Positions 58,026-64,000 of a stretch of 64,000 bases of DNA are shown piece by piece. The position numbers were made by a program, and so were the translations under genes. The notes below the pieces were generated by a model. The model saw nothing but the letters and a program-made list of their open reading frames with translations, was not told the DNA's origin and made no database searches. The DNA is from Sedimentisphaerales bacterium (lineage in GTDB: Bacteria; Planctomycetota; Phycisphaerae; Sedimentisphaerales; Anaerobacaceae). Numbering within the stretch: position 1 is the stretch's first letter; each line of letters starts with the position of its first letter. The stretch covers positions 2,176,001-2,240,000 of the forward strand of contig OY970194.1 of assembly GCA_963708075.1 (NCBI GenBank), in the 5' to 3' direction.

Positions 58026-58156
58026 CTGTCGCTCGTGCAACATGATACTAAATTGGTTTCAATCGGAGTGAAACTGACATCAAGGCACGCAGCGACGGGG
58101 AGAACAGGGTGATGAACGACTGCCTTCGGGGAGTATTCCCTGTGTCTCCCTTTTTT
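58026..58156 (+). ncRNA. Candidate two-hairpin small RNA
   Basis: Upstream TTGACA-16 nt-GACAAT; long interrupted hairpin; second hairpin with C-UUCG-G loop ending in T6. Confidence 0.65.
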
Positions 58157-58291
58157 ATTTCCCGCCGTCAGACCATGCCCGATCTCGCCGATTTGTACGG
58201 AAGCGATTCATAGGAAAGATCGCCGGCGTCTCGCAGTACGAGGCGACAGCGATCTCTCTTCGTGGTATTCGCTTGCAGAGGTTACGATCCG

Positions 58292-58420
58292 CTAGTGATC
58301 GACCGTGACCTCAATCTGCTGAGTATCGGTGCTGAGATGAACGTCTTCGTCGGCGTCGATCTTGCAGCCGGCCAGGACTATGCCAACGAGAAAGAGGAGG
58401 CAAACGAGCAGCCATTTCAT
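58292..58420 (-). CDS. 42-aa lipoprotein
   Basis: GGAGGG RBS; MKWLLVCLLFLVGIV-LAGC lipobox; acidic mature peptide. Confidence 0.72.
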   Translation of the reverse strand: MKWLLVCLLFLVGIVLAGCKIDADEDVHLSTDTQQIEVTVDH

Positions 58421-58657
58421 GCGTGTACCCTCCATGGGCACAGTGCAGTTCCCATTTCCGATGCGATGCAACATACATCGCTCAAATACCCAGTTCACGT
58501 GACGCAGGACGAGACGCGGACGCCTGCCTGCGCCTTGCGAAAGAGTACGCCTGCTCAGGGACTACCGGCACCCATCCTTTTCCCTATGTGAGGGAAGGCA
58601 TTTGCCGAGACATGGGCGGCCGGTGGGATGTGGAATGAGGGGTTCCCCGCGAGTGAG

Positions 58658-58915
58658 TTACTCCTTGAGCAGCGGCTCGGAGTCCTCCTCCTGCTCGGGC
58701 GGCTCCTCGCGCGAGATCTTCTCGATGCGCTTCTCGGCCTTTTGCAGGATGCCCCGGCAGTGCTTGATCAGGGCCATGCCCTTCTCGTACTGATCGAGGC
58801 TGTCCTGCAGGGGAATCTCGCCCTGCTCGATCTTGCTCACGATGTCCTTGAGCTGGTGGATCGCCTGCTCGAAGGTCAGCTTGTTGATTTCGTCGCGGTA
58901 TTTTCGTTCAGTCAT
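58658..58915 (-). CDS. xseB: Exodeoxyribonuclease VII small subunit
   Basis: LTFEQAIHQLKDIVSKIEQGEIPLQDSLDQYEKGMAL...AEKRI. Confidence 0.95.
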   Translation of the reverse strand: MTERKYRDEINKLTFEQAIHQLKDIVSKIEQGEIPLQDSLDQYEKGMALIKHCRGILQKAEKRIEKISREEPPEQEEDSEPLLKE

Positions 58916-58926
58916 GGGGTCTGCTT

Positions 58927-60339
58927 TCAATCATCGGATGCATCCGGGGTCTCGGTGTCGGCCTTGAGTTCCCTTTTCAGTTTGTCCGTAACCCGGCTTT
59001 CAATCAGATTATCATTGGCCAGCTCGGTCACCAGGAGATCGTCCGTCCGGACGTCCTCTGTGGTCCGCACGACCCGGCCCGTCTGCTTGTTCATCGTTAT
59101 GCTGTAGCCGCGGTTGAGAACCGACTTGGGGTTCAGAGCGGCCAAGCGATTCTCTCCCGCGGTGATTTTCAGTTCCCTGTTGCTCAGGACTCGCGTGACC
59201 GCGGCGAGGCTGCGGCCCTTCAATTCGTTCAGCTCCACCATCATCCTGCCGAGCAGCCGGTGCGGCTCAATTCTCGCGACCTGCTCGTAATAGTCCTGCA
59301 TCAGCTTCTGCGTCCGGATGAGCACCGTCCGCATGGCATCGCCGAGGTCCCACGTCAGATCGTCGAGATACTGCTCGCGATTGAGGACCGGCAACAAGGG
59401 AGTCCGGAACACAGCGCTGGCCAGAACAGTCCGCAGGTATTCGCAGGAGATGTCATGCCGGGCCCGCATACTGCCAGTCAGGCGTTTCTCCTGGTGAACC
59501 AGGTCACTGAGCACGTCGTCCACATTCGGCACGGCCACCACGCCCGCCTTCGTCGGCGTCGAGGCCCGGGCATCCGCCACCAGGTCGGCCACGGTCACAT
59601 CAACCTCATGGCCTACGGCGCTGATGATTGGAATCCGTGAGGCATAAATGGCGCGGGCCAGAACTTCCTCATTGAAGGCCCACAGGTCCTCCAGCGATCC
59701 GCCGCCCCGGCCGACAATCAGCACGTCCAGCTTCAGTCTCTCATTGCGCCGGTTCACGTCGCCGATAGCGGCTGCAATGGCCTCGGCCGCCCCCGGCCCC
59801 TGCACGGGCACCGGGTATAGATACAGCCGCGTGCACGGCCAGCGGTTGTGAACGCTGTCGGCGATGTCGTGCACCGCCGCGCCGGATTCGCTGGTCAGGA
59901 TGCCGATGCGCTGCGGATACTTCGGCAGCGGTTTCTTGTGCGCATCGGAGAAGAGCCCCTCCGCTTCGAGCTTCTTGACCATCTGCTCGAACGCCAATTG
60001 CAGGGCGCCCATGCCCGCCGGCATCATCTCCTCGACGATCAGCTTGTACCGGCCCTGCGGCACATACAGGTCGATGTTGCCGCTGACCACGACGGCCAGG
60101 CCGTTCGCAGGTTTGAATTTCACCCGGGCAAAGCTCGTCCGCCACATCGCACACGGCAACACCGATTCCTCGTCCTTGAGGCAGAAGTAGCGATGGCCGC
60201 TGCCGTGCTCTTTCCAGTCGGTGATCTCGCCTTTGACGGTGATCCACGCCGGCAGGTGGGTGTCCAGCACCTCCTTGACCAGCGAGTTGACCTGCGTAAC
60301 CGTGTATATCTTCGTTCTTGTCTGTGCCTGTGTCTGCAT
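58927..60339 (-). CDS. xseA: Exodeoxyribonuclease VII large subunit
   Basis: SGHRYFCLKD, LEAEGLF, GRGGGSLEDLWAFNEE, SAVGHEVD, STPT, VLNRGYS. Confidence 0.97.
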   Translation of the reverse strand: MQTQAQTRTKIYTVTQVNSLVKEVLDTHLPAWITVKGEITDWKEHGSGHRYFCLKDEESVLPCAMWRTSFARVKFKPANGLAVVVSGNIDLYVPQGRYKLIVEEMMPAGMGALQLAFEQMVKKLEAEGLFSDAHKKPLPKYPQRIGILTSESGAAVHDIADSVHNRWPCTRLYLYPVPVQGPGAAEAIAAAIGDVNRRNERLKLDVLIVGRGGGSLEDLWAFNEEVLARAIYASRIPIISAVGHEVDVTVADLVADARASTPTKAGVVAVPNVDDVLSDLVHQEKRLTGSMRARHDISCEYLRTVLASAVFRTPLLPVLNREQYLDDLTWDLGDAMRTVLIRTQKLMQDYYEQVARIEPHRLLGRMMVELNELKGRSLAAVTRVLSNRELKITAGENRLAALNPKSVLNRGYSITMNKQTGRVVRTTEDVRTDDLLVTELANDNLIESRVTDKLKRELKADTETPDASDD

Positions 60340-60480
60340 GAGCGTTCTCAGTGAGCGGCCATCCAACGGAAACCACGTTGCCCAAAGCCATTATAAACGA
60401 TGGCCCCCCTATTCACAACCACCCGTGGTTCAAGCTGTATGACTACTCACGCAGGTTCCGAGCGGTTCTTCTGCACTTGT

Positions 60481-60582
60481 TGTCATCCTGAACGGAGCGT
60501 AGCGGAGTGAAGGATCTGGCCCGTGCACTTGAGAAGCCTCTCGTTCGTTACCCAGATCCTTTGCCTTCGGCTCAGGATGACA
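60481..60582. repeat. REP-like palindromic element, family A
   Basis: TGTCATCCTGAACG...GAAGGATCTGG / CCAGATCCTT...CTCAGGATGACA. Confidence 0.88.
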
Positions 60583-60619
60583 TAGTCCTGCCTCTGGAAG
60601 GTCCGCCCATCGATATCGA

Positions 60620-60957
60620 TCATCTCCTACGGCTGACTCTGAGGACGTAAACCGCAAATTCGCCCCGGACTGGAACCTGGATCAGCCCATCGCGGCAGGC
60701 AACTTTGGCCACCGGAGTACCGAATATGGCCTTGGGATCGAGCAACTCAACCGTATCACCATCACGGAGCAAATCGTCGGTCTTTACGTCGACTGCATCT
60801 GCTTTACCCCAGTTATAGACAGCCAGATATAGCCGGTTCGGATCGTATTTGTTCGGCAGCAGGATGGATTTGTCGCCCATCGGACGCGCTACGTTCTCCG
60901 CGAGGGCGAGATTGTCCTGCTGGACGGCCTTGCGGTAACCATACTACGTGCACACAT
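60620..60957 (-). pseudogene. Internally deleted gene remnant
   Basis: AAAAGGAG + ATG 60957 (MCARS...) is out of frame with a stretch of about 107 codons (YGYRK...PNKYDPNRLYLAVYNW...) that reads like the C-terminus of a larger protein. Confidence 0.55.
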
Positions 60958-61008
60958 CGCGGTAATCTCCTTTTGAATCGAGAGCCTCCAAACCATGAAG
61001 CCTGACAG

Positions 61009-61080
61009 GTCATTCCCGCGAAGGCGGGAATCCATCCACCTATCGAACGGTCCTGGCCTCCCGCCTGCGCGGGGGTGACA
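61009..61080. repeat. REP-like palindromic element, family B
   Basis: GTCATTCCCGCGAAGGCGGGAATCCA...CCCGCCTGCGCGGGGGTGACA. Confidence 0.9.
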
Positions 61081-61268
61081 TAATGAGGTTTACTCTGTCA
61101 GAGGGTCACAAGTCAGGACCCTCGGTTTTCTCTTGCTCGTCCGGCGGGCACGGGGTTAGTATCGTTCCTGATCGCCGCCGGTGATCGGCCTCTTGACAGA
61201 TTACCGCCGGGCGAGGCAAACATCCATATGGAAAACGAGCGACTGCAATGCTCAAAGGAGACGACATC

Positions 61269-62549
61269 ATGTCACGCATCCGACACGAACTCCCATGCGT
61301 CACGACCATTCTGCTGGCGAGCTTATTCACAGCCGTGGGCGTCGCCCAGGAGGCGAACTACGATGAGGCGAAGGTGCCCAGGTACACGTTGCCTGACCCG
61401 CTGGTCTGTGCGGATGGGACGAAGGTCACGGACGCTCAGACGTGGCAGCAGAAGCGGCGGGCGGAGATTCTCAAGCTCTTTGAAGAGCACATGTTCGGCA
61501 AGGCCCCGGGCAAGCCGCAGGCGATGACGTTCGTCACCACGTCGGTCAGCAAGAACGCCCTCGACGGCCGAGCCACACGCAAGGAGGTCACGGTCTACTT
61601 CACCGGCCGTGAGCAGGACCCGAATATGAGCATCCTGATCTACCTGCCCAACAGCGGGCCCAAGCCGGTGCCGCTGTTTATCGGGCTGAACTTCGGCGGC
61701 AACCACGCGATCCACACCGACCCGGGCATCACGATCACCAAGAGTTGGATGCGCAGCGACGGCGACCACCGTGCGACGGCGGACTCCCGCGGCAAGGAAG
61801 CCAGTCGTTGGCCGGTGGAGCGCATCCTCGAACGCGGCTACGGCCTGGCGACGATCTACTACGGCGATATCGACCCCGACTTCGACGACGGCTTCAAGAA
61901 TGGCGTTCACCCGCTGTACTACAAGGAAGGCCAGACCAAGCCTGCCCCGGATGAATGGGGCTCCATCGCCGCCTGGGCCTGGGGCTTGAGCCGGGCACTG
62001 GATTATCTTGAGACTGATCCGGACGTCGATTCCAAGCGCGTCGCCGTCATGGGCCATTCCCGACTCGGTAAGACTGCCCTATGGGCCGGGGCGGAGGACG
62101 AACGATTCGCCCTGGTGATCTCGAACGATTCCGGCTGCGGCGGTGCAGCCCTTTCCCGCCGGGCGTTCGGCGAGACCGTCGAGCGCATCAACAAGTCCTT
62201 CCCCCACTGGTTCTGCGACAACTTCAACAAGTACAACGGCAAAGAAGATGAGTTGCCCATCGACCAGCACGAACTGATCGCCCTGATGGCGCCGAGGCCT
62301 GTGTACGTGGCCAGCGCCGAGGAGGACCGCTGGGCCGACCCGCGAGGCGAGTTCCTCTCCGCCAGGGACGCCACGCCTGTCTACAAGCTCTTCGGCAAAG
62401 AGGGCCTGCCCGCCGAGGACATGCCCGCCGTCAGCAAGCCGGCGATAGGCACCATCGGCTACCACATCCGCCCCGGCAAGCACGACGTCACCAACTACGA
62501 CTGGGATCGTTACATGGACTTCGCCGACATGCACTTGAAGGCCAAATGA
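61269..62549 (+). CDS. CE15 glucuronoyl esterase-like protein, secreted
   Basis: [59 protein letters not shown]. Confidence 0.92.
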   Translation: MSRIRHELPCVTTILLASLFTAVGVAQEANYDEAKVPRYTLPDPLVCADGTKVTDAQTWQQKRRAEILKLFEEHMFGKAPGKPQAMTFVTTSVSKNALDGRATRKEVTVYFTGREQDPNMSILIYLPNSGPKPVPLFIGLNFGGNHAIHTDPGITITKSWMRSDGDHRATADSRGKEASRWPVERILERGYGLATIYYGDIDPDFDDGFKNGVHPLYYKEGQTKPAPDEWGSIAAWAWGLSRALDYLETDPDVDSKRVAVMGHSRLGKTALWAGAEDERFALVISNDSGCGGAALSRRAFGETVERINKSFPHWFCDNFNKYNGKEDELPIDQHELIALMAPRPVYVASAEEDRWADPRGEFLSARDATPVYKLFGKEGLPAEDMPAVSKPAIGTIGYHIRPGKHDVTNYDWDRYMDFADMHLKAK

Positions 62550-62570
62550 GAACCTGAGCAGGAGCAGACT

Positions 62571-63878
62571 ATGAGAGTTGGACTGTCTGTCAATCGGTTA
62601 TGGCTACCCGCCATGCTGTCGCTGTTCGCCATCGGCGCCACTCGCGCGGCGTCGGAGTCGGCGTCGATAGCGGAGAAGTATGTGCCCAGGCTGGAGAAGA
62701 TTCTCACGGAGAACATCGAGCCGTTCTGGCATGACAAGAGTCTGGACCGGCAGAACGGTGGGTATATCATCAGCTTCGACCAGCAAGGGAAGTTGAAGGA
62801 GCCGGTGACGAAGATGATCGTCACACAGGCCCGGCAGGTGTGGCTGTTCTCACGGCTGGCCAGAGCGGGCTATGAGCCGCAGAAGCATCTGGAGGCCGCA
62901 AAGCTCGGGTATCGGTTTCTGAGAGATAAGATGTGGGACTCGACAAACGGCGGGTTCTACTGGGAGGTGGACATCACCGGCGACAAGAAGCTCAAATCAA
63001 ACAAGCACCTCTACGGCCAGTCCTTCGCACTCTACGCGATTTCCGAATATGCGCTCGCCAGCGGGGACAAGGAGGCCTTGGACTTCGCCATCCGCTTCTT
63101 CAACCTGCTGGAAGAGAAGTCTCACGACAAAGTCCACGGCGGCTATATCGAATCATTCAGTCCGGACTGGACTCCCCTGCCCGCAAGCGACAACTCCTAC
63201 ATGGGCGCGCCCTCGGACCTGAAACTGATGAATACGCACCTGCACCTGCTTGAAGCGATGACGACGTTCTATCGCGCCAGCAAGCTGCCGGCCGCCCGCG
63301 AGCGGCTGCTGGAGCTGATCAATATTGAGAGCAACACCGTCGTGCGAAAGAACCTCGGCGCGTGCACCGATAAGTACGACCGGGACTGGACGGCGAGGCT
63401 GGACAATAACTACGCCCGCGTCTCCTACGGCCACGATATCGAGAACATCTGGCTGCTGATGGACGCGTGCGACGCTGCGACCCTATCGAACTACCCCTTC
63501 ATGGACCTGTACAAGACGCTCTTCGAGTACTCGCTGAAGTACGGCTACGATGCGGCCAACGGCGGCTTCTACTATACCGGCCCGTTCAACGCCCCCGCCG
63601 ACGACCGCAGCAAATCCTGGTGGGTTCAGGCCGAGACAATCGTCAGCGCCCTGCACATGCACCAGTACACGAAAGACCCCAAGTACTTGTCGATCTTCGA
63701 GAAGACCTTTGAGCTGATCGAGACAAAAATGGTGGACTGGGACACCGGCGAATGGTTCGGCACCATCACGCCCGAGGGCCGACCGCAGGGCGACAAGGCC
63801 AACCCGTGGAAGGCCGGCTACCACAACGGCCGGGCCATGATCGAATGCATTGAAATCCTCAAGGCCTGGAAGAACTGA
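62571..63878 (+). CDS. AGE-family epimerase (cellobiose 2-epimerase-like)
   Basis: QARQVWLFS, KHLYGQSFALYA, MNTHLHLLEA, SYGHDIE, WWVQAE, WKAGYHNGRA. Confidence 0.92.
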   Translation: MRVGLSVNRLWLPAMLSLFAIGATRAASESASIAEKYVPRLEKILTENIEPFWHDKSLDRQNGGYIISFDQQGKLKEPVTKMIVTQARQVWLFSRLARAGYEPQKHLEAAKLGYRFLRDKMWDSTNGGFYWEVDITGDKKLKSNKHLYGQSFALYAISEYALASGDKEALDFAIRFFNLLEEKSHDKVHGGYIESFSPDWTPLPASDNSYMGAPSDLKLMNTHLHLLEAMTTFYRASKLPAARERLLELINIESNTVVRKNLGACTDKYDRDWTARLDNNYARVSYGHDIENIWLLMDACDAATLSNYPFMDLYKTLFEYSLKYGYDAANGGFYYTGPFNAPADDRSKSWWVQAETIVSALHMHQYTKDPKYLSIFEKTFELIETKMVDWDTGEWFGTITPEGRPQGDKANPWKAGYHNGRAMIECIEILKAWKN

Positions 63879-63911
63879 CCTGCATGAAACAGCGTTGAAA
63901 GGAACCAAACG

Positions 63912-64000
63912 ATGTCCGACTTGAAGAACCGTATCCTGGGGATTCTTCAGCAGCCGCAACTGGCCGGGTTGGCAACGATCACGCAGGACGGCAAGCCTTG
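63912..64000 (+). CDS. 5' end of a probable pyridoxamine 5'-phosphate oxidase-family protein (partial)
   Basis: AAGGA + ATG; MSDLKNRILGILQQPQLAGLATITQDGKP. Confidence 0.6.
   Translation, partial: MSDLKNRILGILQQPQLAGLATITQDGKP

Noticed and set aside
57899..58300. Genomic island integrated at tRNA-Ser
   Set aside because: No integrase and no convincing duplicate of the tRNA 3' end in the window.

Overview
A GC-rich bacterial chromosome segment. The gene content (giant TPR secretin, lamin-tail/CotH protein, many secreted carbohydrate-active proteins) suggests a planctomycete, probably Phycisphaerae/Sedimentisphaerales-like; this is an inference. Left to right it holds: a giant secreted S8 protease/beta-helix protein (truncated by the left edge) downstream of a TPR secretin with a Gly-Met tract; tsaB, RRM and NUDIX genes; a second S8 protease with nested domain insertions; an orphan EpsI-family gene divergent from a CPBP membrane protease that precedes a type II secretion operon (gspCDEFGIJKLM); three tiny genes (Cys-rich/acidic, cold-shock, SAP-like); glycoside hydrolase-like genes; sppA, miaB, pfkA and an antiporter-PTS EIIA fusion; tRNA-Ser(TGA) followed by a candidate sRNA; xseAB; a CE15 esterase and an AGE epimerase. 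About ten small indels break eight genes. They cluster at GGTCTC and GCGC, which looks like methylation-linked sequencing error rather than gene decay. Several REP-like and heptamer repeat families are present, some translated inside genes or straddling start codons. The best candidates for new biology are the EpsI + CPBP + T2SS sorting locus with a DPN motif enriched in exported proteins, the Gly-Met secretin, the sRNA at 58026-58156 and the metallothionein-like acidic protein. All family calls come from motif recognition by eye; no database search was run.
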